From: an uncultured Methanomassiliicoccales archaeon
GTDB taxonomy: Archaea; Thermoplasmatota; Thermoplasmata; Methanomassiliicoccales; UBA472
Assembly (NCBI GenBank): GCA_963732855.1
Contig: CAVTBB010000005.1
Coordinates: 139,821-203,820 of the forward strand
Direction: 5' to 3'
Length of the DNA stretch: 64,000 nucleotides
Below the pieces are notes generated by a model. It did no database searches. It was not told the DNA's origin and saw only the letters and a program-made list of their open reading frames with translations. Every line of letters starts with the position of its first letter. Position 1 is the first letter of the stretch. Positions 17,357 through 26,810 of this stretch are shown here, piece after piece. The position numbers were made by a program, and so were the translations under genes.

Positions 17357-18352
17357 TCATCTTATCTCATGGTCCTCGGCCTTTACCCCTAACTTTTCAC
17401 AAAGCTCTAGGAATGCTTCCCTGCGCTCATCCGGATCATCAGCGTTGAACCGGAGCAGGAAAGGCCTCTGCGCCCAATCGAATGGCTCTTCGGTCTTGCC
17501 GTGGACGAAAAGGAGCATCGCCGCAAAGTTCACCGCGACATCGCCTTCGCGCTTCTGTGCCCCTCGGAAGAGCTCCTCGACCACCTCGGGCGGATGGAAC
17601 TCCTCCACCAGGTCCAAAGTGTGTGATAGTCCTCCATAGATGTTTCCCACGCGCAGGGAATGGACGATCGCGTTGACCTTTTCGTTGTAGTTGACGATAT
17701 CTGGTGCATAGCTGATCACCGCGATCCTTAATCCCGTATCTCCGTTGGCGAACGCTTCGCGGAGAGCTTTCCGGGCGCGGGTTGTGTCTAGTTCGGCCAG
17801 TGCCTCTATGTCACGCCAATCGCGACCTTTGCTTGAGATCAGGATCTTCTCGATGGCTAGGCGTTCGCTCGGAGATGCCTCCCCGATCGCCTCCATGTCG
17901 TAACCGATACCGTCATGCCATTTCCCGTAATCGATGATCATGCTCTTTACGAAACGGTTCATAGGCGTATCAACGGTGGGAGCGGCCCCTTCGGGACCGG
18001 TTTTAAGCCTCGTGCCCTTGCCAGTTCTGTGATCCTCCCGGATCGATTCCATGTCCGGGTCGGGCGAAGGGGGACGGGGTGGTTCCAGTATGAAGTAGAA
18101 CCGTTTCGGGTCGTTGAACTCACCTGAGTAATAAGGTGTATCCCGGTCATAGAACTCTATTCCGTTGCGGGTACCATGAGGCCAGGTGGTCACCGGCCGG
18201 GCCAGCCTAACAAATAATCCCGCTGGAGGTGCCGGAGAACCATGTCCTATCTCGGCGATCTCGTTTCCTGCTTTCAGTTCGTTCTCGATCAACGCACGCA
18301 ACGGCTGCGGCAGCCGGTCTAGCTCCTTTTTGATCCCTTCTTCGCTCTTCAT
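17357..18352 (-). CDS. hypothetical protein (Pro-rich linker, helical-repeat C-terminal half)
   Basis: This is a 331-aa ORF with normal composition. I recognised no family. Confidence 0.55.
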   Translation of the reverse strand: MKSEEGIKKELDRLPQPLRALIENELKAGNEIAEIGHGSPAPPAGLFVRLARPVTTWPHGTRNGIEFYDRDTPYYSGEFNDPKRFYFILEPPRPPSPDPDMESIREDHRTGKGTRLKTGPEGAAPTVDTPMNRFVKSMIIDYGKWHDGIGYDMEAIGEASPSERLAIEKILISSKGRDWRDIEALAELDTTRARKALREAFANGDTGLRIAVISYAPDIVNYNEKVNAIVHSLRVGNIYGGLSHTLDLVEEFHPPEVVEELFRGAQKREGDVAVNFAAMLLFVHGKTEEPFDWAQRPFLLRFNADDPDERREAFLELCEKLGVKAEDHEIR

Positions 18353-18490
18353 CGACCTGCCTCCGATCGGTCCGGCGATCTTGGACCGACATCATATAGG
18401 GAACGTATTCCGGGATACAATTCCCACCGATTGTATCTAAAGCTGTCTGCCAAAAGGATAGATATACGCTCATCCTGATTCTCGTGTCCG

Positions 18491-19702
18491 ATGGACGTTG
18501 AAAAGATAAGGGCCGATTTTCCCATACTATCGAATGGGGACAAGAGCCTGGTCTACCTCGATACGGCCTGCCAGAGCCTTAGGCCTAGGCAGGTGGTCGA
18601 GGCCATGGATTCCTATTATTATGAGTATCCGGCCTGTGGCGGGAGGAGCGTGCACCGGCTCGCGACCCAGGTATCGATCAAGGTCGACGAGGCCAGGGAG
18701 AAGATATCCGATTTCATCGGTTCGGACTCGTACGACCAGATAATCTTCACCAAGAACACCACCGAGTCCATCAACCTAATTGCCAGGGGTCTCGGCCTCA
18801 AGCGCGGCGATGCGGTGCTGACGACGGACATGGAGCATAACAGCAACCATGTTCCTTGGCTGCGGTTGAGGGGGACCGCCGGCGTCGATCGGGTAATCGT
18901 TGCCACTCCCGACGACGGATCGTTCGACATTGAAACGTTCAAGAACTCGCTGTCTAAGAAGGTCAGGTTGGTCAGTGTGGTCCAGACGAACAACGTAACG
19001 GGCACCACCATACCGGTGAAGGATATCTGCGAGATCGCGCACGACAACGGTTCGATGGTCATGGTGGACGGGGCACAATCGGCACCTCACATGAAAGTCG
19101 ACATGGATGACATGGATGCGGACTTCTATGCGTTCTCCATGCACAAGATGCTCGGCCCATCCGGGGTCGGTGTGCTATACGGGAAGAAGGAACTGCTCAA
19201 TAAGGTCGAACCTCTCATCGTTGGAGGCGGAGGCGTCAGCCTCACGACCTATGACAAAGTCGACCTGCTCCCGATACCGGAGCGGTTCGAATCCGGTCTT
19301 CTCAACTATGCCGGGATCATCGGTTCCGGAGCGGCGGTCGACTATCTGAGGGCGATCGGGATGGACGAAGTGCTGGAGCACGATATCGAATGCAACCGAA
19401 TCGTGACGGATGGACTGGCTGACGAGGGAAAGATCACGATCATCGGTCCCAAGGACCCGGAGCTCCGGGGGAGCATCTTTTCGTTCAACATCAGCGGCAT
19501 GCGCTCCCATGATGTAGCGATGATACTGGACGAGATGTCCGGGATGATGATACGTTCCGGTATGCATTGCGTGCATCCATATTTCCTGACCAGAAAGATC
19601 GATGGGGCGGCACGCGCCTCTTTCTATGTCTACACCAGCAAGGATGAGTGCAGGCGCTTCGTTCAGGCGGTCAAGGAGACGGTGCGTTCCTTTGCCACCT
19701 GA
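18491..19702 (+). CDS. sufS: cysteine desulfurase, SufS/Csd class
   Basis: It has LDTACQS, the PLP lysine in FSMHKMLGPSGVGVLYG, and the catalytic Cys in RSGMHCVHP. Confidence 0.85.
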   Translation: MDVEKIRADFPILSNGDKSLVYLDTACQSLRPRQVVEAMDSYYYEYPACGGRSVHRLATQVSIKVDEAREKISDFIGSDSYDQIIFTKNTTESINLIARGLGLKRGDAVLTTDMEHNSNHVPWLRLRGTAGVDRVIVATPDDGSFDIETFKNSLSKKVRLVSVVQTNNVTGTTIPVKDICEIAHDNGSMVMVDGAQSAPHMKVDMDDMDADFYAFSMHKMLGPSGVGVLYGKKELLNKVEPLIVGGGGVSLTTYDKVDLLPIPERFESGLLNYAGIIGSGAAVDYLRAIGMDEVLEHDIECNRIVTDGLADEGKITIIGPKDPELRGSIFSFNISGMRSHDVAMILDEMSGMMIRSGMHCVHPYFLTRKIDGAARASFYVYTSKDECRRFVQAVKETVRSFAT

Positions 19703-20103
19703 ATGATGATCCGGTTTTTGGACAGGTCCTTGTGTAAGATGAGCAAGTCACCATGGACCAGGATGTGGTTTCCGTCCGCGGTGACGTTGCTTTCGAGATA
19801 TGTGATAGTGGAGTGCAGCGGTGCGTATCTCCCTCCGATCTCGGATTCAATACAGACATATCCATTCTTGATCGATGCCACTGACTGAACATCAGGCAGG
19901 AAATCAGCCACCGATATTGTCATCTGGACATTGTCCGGTGAATCAGAAACGGAATCGATGACGGCAGCTAACTGCGTCACTCGGTGCTGAACCTCGTCGT
20001 CCGCCACGGCATGGTCCACCCCGGAGAATGCGATCACAAGGACCGTGGTCACCGCAATGCCGCAGACGAATAGCCAGACCTTTGAAAGGAAGAACTCCAT
20101 CAT
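19663..20103 (-). CDS. small N-terminally membrane-anchored protein (third gene of pilin-like trio)
   Basis: It has an N-terminal hydrophobic helix (VWLFVCGIAVTTVLVIAF). Its start overlaps the stop of the upstream gene by 4 nt. Confidence 0.45.
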   Translation of the reverse strand: MMEFFLSKVWLFVCGIAVTTVLVIAFSGVDHAVADDEVQHRVTQLAAVIDSVSDSPDNVQMTISVADFLPDVQSVASIKNGYVCIESEIGGRYAPLHSTITYLESNVTADGNHILVHGDLLILHKDLSKNRIIIQVAKERTVSLTA

Positions 20104-20561
20104 GAGTTGCTCACCAGCACATAGGTCCCGTTGTCCGAAACGCAGGTGAAAGAGATCCTGACCACGCCCGATGTCAAATGGAAAGGATGGTTATCGGCGG
20201 TCGTGACCCGAACCGCAGGATTCGATAGAAAGATACGGTCTAGTCCTCCCTCATGCATGACCTTGATGACCATCGACTCGGTCCGATCCAGGTCGCCTCC
20301 GATCTCGATGGTGCATTTGTTGTCCGAAAGCGGCGAATCCAGGACCCGGTGGTTGCCGGGACCGGAAAGGTAGGTGGCTGTGATCATCTCCCTGATGTGT
20401 TCGGCAGCGCTCATCGCCTGAGACTCCGACGTTTTGGCCTGAAAGGAGCCAATGCTGGAAAGCAAAATGGGGGCAGAAAGCGAGATCATAAGAGAGACGA
20501 TTAGGAGCTTTAGCGGCATCCCCTCCAGCCCCCGCTTATCCGTTATGGCCAAAACGGTCAC
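20100..20561 (-). CDS. type IV pilin-like / TadE-like N-terminus protein
   Basis: The N-terminus MTVLAITDKRG|LEGMPLKLLIVSLMISL has a basic stretch, a Gly, then a hydrophobic helix, which is class-III-signal-like. It overlaps both neighbouring genes by 4 nt. Confidence 0.5.
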   Translation of the reverse strand: MTVLAITDKRGLEGMPLKLLIVSLMISLSAPILLSSIGSFQAKTSESQAMSAAEHIREMITATYLSGPGNHRVLDSPLSDNKCTIEIGGDLDRTESMVIKVMHEGGLDRIFLSNPAVRVTTADNHPFHLTSGVVRISFTCVSDNGTYVLVSNS

Positions 20562-21034
20562 CCCGAAATGACCGGGATGCTCAGGCTGGTGTCCGTGCCG
20601 TAGCCGCTCTTGGTGACCGTGACCGTGACGAAACCGACCGCCTTGCCGGTCTGGGTTACCTGAAGATTGTTCAGCGTCACCTTTCCGCTGGAATCGGTCG
20701 TTCCGTATGGTCTGGTGCCGTCCATCCTAGTGATGCCGCATCCGTCAAGAACGACCGTCGCTCCGGATAGTGGATCGCCCTTGCCATCAGAAACGGCCAT
20801 GGTGAGATCGATGTTCTCGACCTCGTAGATCCCGTCTCCGTTGCCATCATGCGCAACAATCTCCGATGGAGAGGATGTGACCGACCCGATGGATTGCGGC
20901 GCGTTCAGGTTCCCCATCCATCCCAGCAGTACAGCGGAGCCTATCCCGGCGATCAGTACCATGATCATCAACTGCAGCGGCAGTCCCTCGATCCCTCCGC
21001 TCCGGTCTTTCTTGAATCGTGTTCTCATCCTCAT
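20558..21034 (-). CDS. type IV pilin-like / TadE-like N-terminus protein with beta-rich ectodomain
   Basis: The N-terminus reads MRMRTRFKKDRSGG|IEGLPLQLMIMVLIAGIGSAVLLG. It is followed by a Gly/Thr/Val-rich, beta-type domain. Confidence 0.5.
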   Translation of the reverse strand: MRMRTRFKKDRSGGIEGLPLQLMIMVLIAGIGSAVLLGWMGNLNAPQSIGSVTSSPSEIVAHDGNGDGIYEVENIDLTMAVSDGKGDPLSGATVVLDGCGITRMDGTRPYGTTDSSGKVTLNNLQVTQTGKAVGFVTVTVTKSGYGTDTSLSIPVISG

Positions 21035-21435
21035 GTGAGTACCTCTGTTCCCAAACCGGTCCCGGGGTCGATATGCGGTGCCGTTACAGTCAGGCTACGC
21101 CGTACATCATTAACCAGCGATGGAAGTTGAAATTCCTAAATGTTATTCGAGGGCGAGATCGGGAAAAGGATCACAAATTGTAAGTTAATCCGACATTCAT
21201 CATCTGACAGATGAATAGAATTTCTGCAATGCAAAAGGAACGGCATTGCAGAGGGGAGATAATTACCACAACTAGTGATGGAAATATCCGATAGGACGAA
21301 GGGCCATTAATGCATAATATGCTGGCTACCTTCTAGATGAGCACCGTACTTTCCAGTCTAGTTCATCAATTCGGAATTTATTGGAATGACAACCCTCGAC
21401 ATCTTTTATGGCAGGAATGTGAGGACTGAAAGTGT

Positions 21436-21636
21436 TTACACCGGGTCGCCCAACTTGATCTTGACCTCTTTTACGTCCCACATGTTCCCGACCTTTTCTT
21501 GGATCTCTTCCTCGATGTTCGCCGCGAACAGGTTGTTCGAGGCCAGGTCGAGATCGATCGTGACCACCCCGTCTTCCACCTTGATTTCCTTGACCATCTC
21601 GGTCCTGACGATGTCCAGCCCGGCAAGCGGGTTCAT
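21436..21636 (-). CDS. short DUF59/MIP18-like protein (lacks the usual Cys)
   Basis: The segment LDIVRTEMVKEIKVEDGVVTIDLDL resembles the DUF59 core. It is only 66 aa long, and its ATG overlaps the stop of the reading frame of the nifU remnant. Confidence 0.45.
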   Translation of the reverse strand: MNPLAGLDIVRTEMVKEIKVEDGVVTIDLDLASNNLFAANIEEEIQEKVGNMWDVKEVKIKLGDPV

Positions 21637-22097
21637 GACGTGTCTTCAGGCGGCTGCTGCACGATCTCCACAGTGGTCGGCACCTTCTCCTTGTACCATC
21701 CCGTGCTTCTCTTCGTAGTTCTGTATGGCGGCCTCGAAGGCCTCGACCGCCAGCACCGAGCAGTGCGCCTTGATCTTCGGCAGCCCGCCCAGCGCGTCCG
21801 AGGCTTCCTGCCAGCTGATCTCCTTGGCCTCTGTCGAGGGTCTTGCCCTTGGCCAGCTCGGTGATGATCGAGCCGGTGGCGATGTTGGAGGCGCAGCCGT
21901 AGGACTCGAACTTGATGTCCGATGACTTTGGTCTCCGGGTCCACTTTGATGTAGACGGCCACCATGTCGCCGCAGGCGGGGCTGCCCTCCATGGCCTTGC
22001 CGTCGGCGTTTTCGATCTTGCCGACGTTGTGCGGGTGCCGGAAGTGCTCCAGAACCGTCTCGGTATACGGGAATTTCATGTTCAGTCCTCTCTTCAC
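21633..22097 (-). pseudogene. second iscU/nifU copy, at least 2 frameshifts
   Basis: Frame a encodes MKFPYTETVLEHFRHPHNVGK...GSPACGDMVAVYIKVDPETKVI. Frame b encodes DIKFESYGCASNIATGSIITELAKGKTLD. Frame c encodes EAKEISWQEASDALGGLPKIKAHCSVLAVEAFEAAIQNYEEKHG. I re-framed these by hand. Confidence 0.75.
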
Positions 22098-22158
22098 GCT
22101 TTCTTGCCCAGCGGACTGATTTTTCTCAGAGTCAGCGGACTGATCTTCGGCCAGCGTC

Positions 22159-23279
22159 TCAACGATGGCTCGATCCGCATGCTTCCTCCATGGTGTTATA
22201 GCGGCTCAAGCGTGAAGCGATCGAGCCATGGGCCCGCTCGTGGTCGCCGCCGATGCCGTAGATGACGTGGCTGCCCTCCAGCGAGCGGCTGAAGCAGGCC
22301 GAGCCGGTGCTGACGGCGAAGCCGCGCATGTCCAGGTGCAGGGTGATCGATTCGCCCTCGACAAAGTGGAAGGAGATGTTGGCGTTCTGCGGCAGGCGCT
22401 TGCTGCGGGGCCGTTGAGCATCGCGTGTCGGGATCTCTGCCAGCGTGCGTCGATCAATGTGATCGCGCATGGCTCGCAGCTGCTTGTTCTCCTCGTCGTG
22501 ACCAGTTCGGCCGCCCTGGCGAAGCCCACCGCGCCCGGGATGTTCTCCACGCCGGCCCGCAGGTCGAACTCCTGGAACCCGCCGTCCATCCACTTGGCCA
22601 GCGGCGTGCCCTTGCGCACGTACAGGCCGCCGACGCCCCTGGGGCCGTGGATGGTGTGCGCCGAAACGGTCAGCAGGTCCACCGGGATCTTCGCTGACAT
22701 CGAGCGGCACGCGCCGGAAGGTATGCGTGGCGTCGGTATGGAACAGGACTCCCTTCTCGCGGCAGATACCCGCCGATGGCCTCGATGTCCTGCACCGTGC
22801 CGATTTCCTGGTTGGCGTGCTGGACGGAAACCAGGATGGTCTCGTCGCGTGATGGATGCTCAAGCTGGTCCAGGTTGACGAATCCTTCACCGTCAACATC
22901 AAGGTAAGGTGACCCTGAAGCCCTCGTCTCTCCAACGCTGGGCGCTGTTGCAGCACCGGGAAATCCTCGATTTTGGAGACGATGATATGCTTGCCCTTTT
23001 TCCTTGCCGAGCGCCATGGCCGACGCCTTTGAGCGCCATGTTGCTGGATTCGGTGCCGCCCGAGGTGAAGATGAATTCTTCCGGGCCTGCGCCCAGGGGT
23101 CGGCGAGATCACTCGGGCGCCGTCCAGGGCTTCCCGCGCCTCGATCCCCAGGGAGTAGCCGAACTCGGAGGTGGCCACGGCGTAGGTCTCGAAGAAGTAC
23201 GGCTTCATCGCCTCCAGCACCCGCTCGTCCAACGCGTGGTGGCGGCCGCATTGTCCAGATAATGTCCCTTTTCTTTCAT
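22159..23279 (-). pseudogene. second nifS-type cysteine desulfurase copy, many frameshifts, PLP-Lys lost
   Basis: Recognisable NifS segments are scattered over all three minus-strand frames: [104 protein letters not shown]. The PLP site reads SAHT rather than SxHK. Confidence 0.8.
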
Positions 23280-23303
23280 TGGTACCCTCTCAAATGAACA
23301 GCG

Positions 23304-23706
23304 TCACGTGGAGTCTTTGGCTTCGTTGATGTAGGTGCCGACCGCCCCGTAATCGTCGATCAGATCGACCCTCAGGTCTTCTTTTTTGATGCCCATGATG
23401 TCCATGGTCATATCGCAGGCGAGGATCTTACCGCCCAGTTCCTTGAAGTCCTGCATCATCTTTTCCAGATCGACCACGTTGGCCTTTTTCATCCTCCTTT
23501 TGACCATCATTTCCCAGGCCCAGCATGTTCATCTTGGAAAGCGGACCCTTCTCCAGTCCGCCTTTCTTGAGACGCTGCAGGCCCCAGAAAGTGAAGAACA
23601 TCGACGCTTCCATGCCCATGGAAAGCGCGCCGTTACCGATGATGAGCGCGCTGTAGACCTTGTCCATGTCCCCGCTGTGAACGATGATCGTCGTTCGTTC
23701 TGCCAT
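23304..23706 (-). pseudogene. DsrE/DsrF-like sulfur-relay protein, one frameshift
   Basis: The N-terminal half (MAERTTIIVHSGDMDKVYSALIIGNGALSMGMEASMFFTFWGL...MNMLGLG) and the C-terminal half (MMVKRRMKKANVVDLEKMMQDFKELGGKILACDMTMDIMGIKKEDL) lie in different frames. They join at the run gggaaatgatgg. Confidence 0.7.
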
Positions 23707-23711
23707 CTTTA

Positions 23712-23951
23712 TCACCCCTTCACTTTCTTAATTCGGATGCGCCAGGTATTCCCTTCCTCCTTGATGTCGAGGAGCTCCTCCCCGAGCGACGCGACCGCCA
23801 TCGGGATCTCCTTCTTGGACGCCGGATGGTCTCCTGTGATCTCTATGATATCGCCTATCGACGCCTTTCGCAATGCCTTCCTAGTCTCAACCAAGGGCGT
23901 TGGACAGTTCTTGCCCATGCAATCAACCTTAATCTCCGCCATCGTGTTCAC
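23712..23951 (-). CDS. tusA: TusA/SirA-family sulfurtransferase
   Basis: It is 79 aa, has the active-site motif CMGKNCPTPL, and shows the typical TusA length and pattern. It is the first gene of the decayed operon. Confidence 0.85.
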   Translation of the reverse strand: MNTMAEIKVDCMGKNCPTPLVETRKALRKASIGDIIEITGDHPASKKEIPMAVASLGEELLDIKEEGNTWRIRIKKVKG

Positions 23952-23994
23952 CTTGAGACAATATTGATTCTAATTCATATGTTATTATTGTTAA

Positions 23995-24020
23995 ATGATA
24001 CAATAATATGATACAATAAT
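23995..24020. repeat. perfect tandem 13-nt direct repeat (atgatacaataat x2)
   Basis: I read this directly from the sequence. It lies in the divergent intergenic region between tusA (-) and the HTH gene at 24230 (+). Confidence 0.8.
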
Positions 24021-24229
24021 GGGATCGCGGCCAACCAGCATCTATCCGCAGATACCTGTCGCGATATACTGATCTATCAATGTCGCCTACGCCGATGCGA
24101 CACCTAATATCACTTCCCTAAATGGTCGAGCCACCTATCGCTTGGCCACCTGGCAGGTCTACAGGTTGTTTATCAAAAATGATAACTGACCTATTCGATT
24201 TTATACGATAGAACCGCGATTTTAAAGAA

Positions 24230-24601
24230 GTGCCGGAATTACAGCCTCCCGAAATATCGAGCCTATTGGCCGATAGACATTCGGCGAGGATACTCTTTGT
24301 CACTATGAGACATCCAAGATCGGCATTTGATCTCAGTCAGACAATTGGGATACCCATTGCTGTCTGTTTTCGGAAGATCAAGTTGCTTGAAGATGCTGGT
24401 TTGATCGTCTGCGCGGAAAGGATGGTCATTAACAACGGAAAGAGGGTTAGCCTCTTCAGGTCGAACCTGAAGAACGGCCAGGTCTTTCTTGAAAGAAACA
24501 AGATCCAGGCTAGGATCGAGTTGTTCGATGGTTCGTTGGAGGAAGTGAGGTATGAGATGGAATTGCCGATATTTCGTAATGTGACCAAAAAACCGGTTTG
24601 A
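24230..24601 (+). CDS. ArsR/wHTH-type transcriptional regulator
   Basis: The segment HSARILFVTMRHPRSAFDLSQTIGIPIAVCFRKIKLLEDAGLIV has a winged-helix pattern. Confidence 0.6.
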   Translation: MPELQPPEISSLLADRHSARILFVTMRHPRSAFDLSQTIGIPIAVCFRKIKLLEDAGLIVCAERMVINNGKRVSLFRSNLKNGQVFLERNKIQARIELFDGSLEEVRYEMELPIFRNVTKKPV

Positions 24602-24852
24602 TGGCAGCCACGCAACATGTGAAGAGGAGACCACATCAGATTCAAGAGACCCCTCAATTCGTACTCCGCATTTCGCATTGCCATCTGGATGTACAATAAG
24701 CGACATGATTTTCAAATATCATGCGCGTAACCCGAAGCCAAGCTACGATATTCCACAAAGAAATATGATGGACTAGCGGGTAAGCTTTATCTAAACAATG
24801 ATTATACCGAGGGAGAGCGTCGCATGCTACGACGTGTCTAAGGTGCGTCAGA

Positions 24853-26241
24853 ATGTTCAATCGTGTCCTAGTGGCGAACAGAGGCGAGATCGCGATAAGG
24901 ATCCTCAAGACCTGCAAGAGACTTGGTATTCCCACGGTCGCCGTCTATACGCCATCGGATAAACACTGCAAGCACGTTGGGCTGGCCGATAGGGCGGTCG
25001 AGCTGCAGTCCAAGCCGGGGATGATCGGCTACCTGGACATGGACGCCATTTTCGATGTGGCCAACCGGATGAAGGTGGAAGCGATCCATCCCGGCTACGG
25101 TTTCCTATCTGAGAAGGCCGAGTTCTCCGAGCGATGCGAGGAGGAGGGGCTTTCGTTCATCGGGCCGAACCCGCGGGCAATGAAGCTATTGAGCACCAAG
25201 CTCGGTTCTAGAGCATTCATGACCAAGGTTGGCGTACCGGTCATGCCAGGCGTGCTAGAGCCGCTGAAGGACGCGGAGGACGCCAAGAAGCAGGCCAACC
25301 GTATCGGATACCCGGTCATGCTGAAGGCGTCCGGAGGCGGCGGCGGGCGCGGGATGCGGGTCGTCAACAACGACACCGAAATGGAAGACGCGTTCGCATC
25401 GGCCAGGAACGAGGCGGCCAAGGCGTTCAACAACCCCACGATCTACATGGAGAAGGCATTCCTGCGCGGAAGGCACATTGAGTTCCAGGTGGTCGGCGAC
25501 TCCAGGGGCAACGCTTACTGCCTGGGAGAGAGGGAATGTTCCGTCCAGCGCCGTCACCAGAAGATCCTGGAGGAGACTCCGTCCTGCGCCGTCAACGAGG
25601 AGATGAGGGAGCGTATCGGCACCCTGGTCAAAGAGGCGGTCAAGAAGGCCAGGTACACTTCGCTGGGAACGTTCGAGTTCCTCATGGGCGACGGGCACCT
25701 GTACTTCATGGAGGCCAACTGCCGTATCCAGGTGGAGCATCCGATCACCGAGGTCTGCACCGGGCTGGACCTGGTGGAGATGCAGTTGTCAATCGCCACC
25801 GACAAGGATGTTACGAAAGAACTCGGTTCGGTGCAGCCGAAGGGGCACGCGATGGAGTTCCGTATCAACGCCGAGAACCCGTTCAACAATTTCATGCCGA
25901 CACCAGGACGCATCGAGAAATACGTCGAGCCAGCCGGCGAGGGCATCCGCATCGACTCCCACGCTTACGAAGGGTATGTCGTCCCCACCGAGTTCGACAA
26001 CCTCCTGGCCAAGCTAATCGTCCACGGTAAGGACAGGACGGAAGTGCTGAACAAGGCACGGGATGCCTTGGACCGATACACGGTCACCGGGATCAAGACC
26101 ACCATTCCGTACCATAGGTTGGCCATCAGGAACCATGATTTCATCGACGGCAACTACAACATCGAGTTCGTGAAGGACCATCCTCCGGCCGACATGCTGA
26201 AACAGACCGAGTTCTCGCTGTTCGAGAACTACGGTCCCTGA
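24853..26241 (+). CDS. biotin carboxylase (pyruvate carboxylase subunit A / AccC type)
   Basis: It has ATP-grasp biotin carboxylase blocks: VANRGEIAIRI, HPGYGFLSE, MLKASGGGGGRGMR, ERECSVQRRHQK, NCRIQVEHPITE. Confidence 0.9.
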   Translation: MFNRVLVANRGEIAIRILKTCKRLGIPTVAVYTPSDKHCKHVGLADRAVELQSKPGMIGYLDMDAIFDVANRMKVEAIHPGYGFLSEKAEFSERCEEEGLSFIGPNPRAMKLLSTKLGSRAFMTKVGVPVMPGVLEPLKDAEDAKKQANRIGYPVMLKASGGGGGRGMRVVNNDTEMEDAFASARNEAAKAFNNPTIYMEKAFLRGRHIEFQVVGDSRGNAYCLGERECSVQRRHQKILEETPSCAVNEEMRERIGTLVKEAVKKARYTSLGTFEFLMGDGHLYFMEANCRIQVEHPITEVCTGLDLVEMQLSIATDKDVTKELGSVQPKGHAMEFRINAENPFNNFMPTPGRIEKYVEPAGEGIRIDSHAYEGYVVPTEFDNLLAKLIVHGKDRTEVLNKARDALDRYTVTGIKTTIPYHRLAIRNHDFIDGNYNIEFVKDHPPADMLKQTEFSLFENYGP

Positions 26242-26810
26242 AGTACTACTTCCGCTACGGTGGTGTACGCCGGGCCTTTCGGACCGAGCACGCTCTTCTT
26301 CAGCCTGATCGAACGAACTGGCCTCATACCGAAATCATGGTCCTTGAAACGTTCGATGATGCCTTTTACCTGCTCCGTCCCGGTCGGGTCCTTCATCCGG
26401 CCAACGGTCAGGTGCGGGGAGAATGGCCTTTCCTCCCTCTCGAACCCAAGGCGTGCGCATTCTTCGTCCAGGACCTTGGCGATGCCTATCAAAGGTTCCG
26501 CTCCATGCATGCCCACCCAGACCACCCGGATGTTATCCTTCGAGGGAAACGACCCCATGCCTTTCAGCGATATCTCGAATGGCGCCACGCCCTTGACCGC
26601 CTTATCCATGGCGGCGATGAGCTTCGGGATCGCCGCCTCGTCCGTCTCCCCGAGGAACTTCAGCGTGACATGGATTATGTCCATGGCCACTGGCCTCATC
26701 CCACCCCCCACGGTGCGCAGTTCGCGGTCTAACTTGACCAGTTCACCGATCTCGGAGATGTCGACCGATATGAAACCTCTGAACAATCCCATCGTTTTCA
26801 CCCGTTCCAT
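26229..26810 (-). CDS. thpR: RNA 2',3'-cyclic phosphodiesterase (2H family, ThpR/LigT)
   Basis: It has two HxT/S motifs (HVTLKF and HLTVGR) at the spacing typical of the family. The true start may be the internal MGLFRGF. Confidence 0.85.
   Translation of the reverse strand: MERVKTMGLFRGFISVDISEIGELVKLDRELRTVGGGMRPVAMDIIHVTLKFLGETDEAAIPKLIAAMDKAVKGVAPFEISLKGMGSFPSKDNIRVVWVGMHGAEPLIGIAKVLDEECARLGFEREERPFSPHLTVGRMKDPTGTEQVKGIIERFKDHDFGMRPVRSIRLKKSVLGPKGPAYTTVAEVVLQGP

Noticed and set aside
21195-21251. There are two short hairpins (ATTCATC-7nt-GATGAAT and CTGCAATGC-10nt-GCATTGCAG) in the gap between the DUF59-like gene and the pilin-like trio.
   Set aside because: The stems are short and lie in an AT-rich spacer. 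They are compatible with a terminator for the decayed operon, but nothing distinguishes them from chance palindromes.
22098-22158. An 11-nt direct repeat (agcggactgat x2) occurs in the nifS-nifU junction.
   Set aside because: It is short and encodes a repeated acidic linker (QSADSEKNQSAG) in the frame that continues the nifS remnant. There is no evidence of any function beyond a small duplication.
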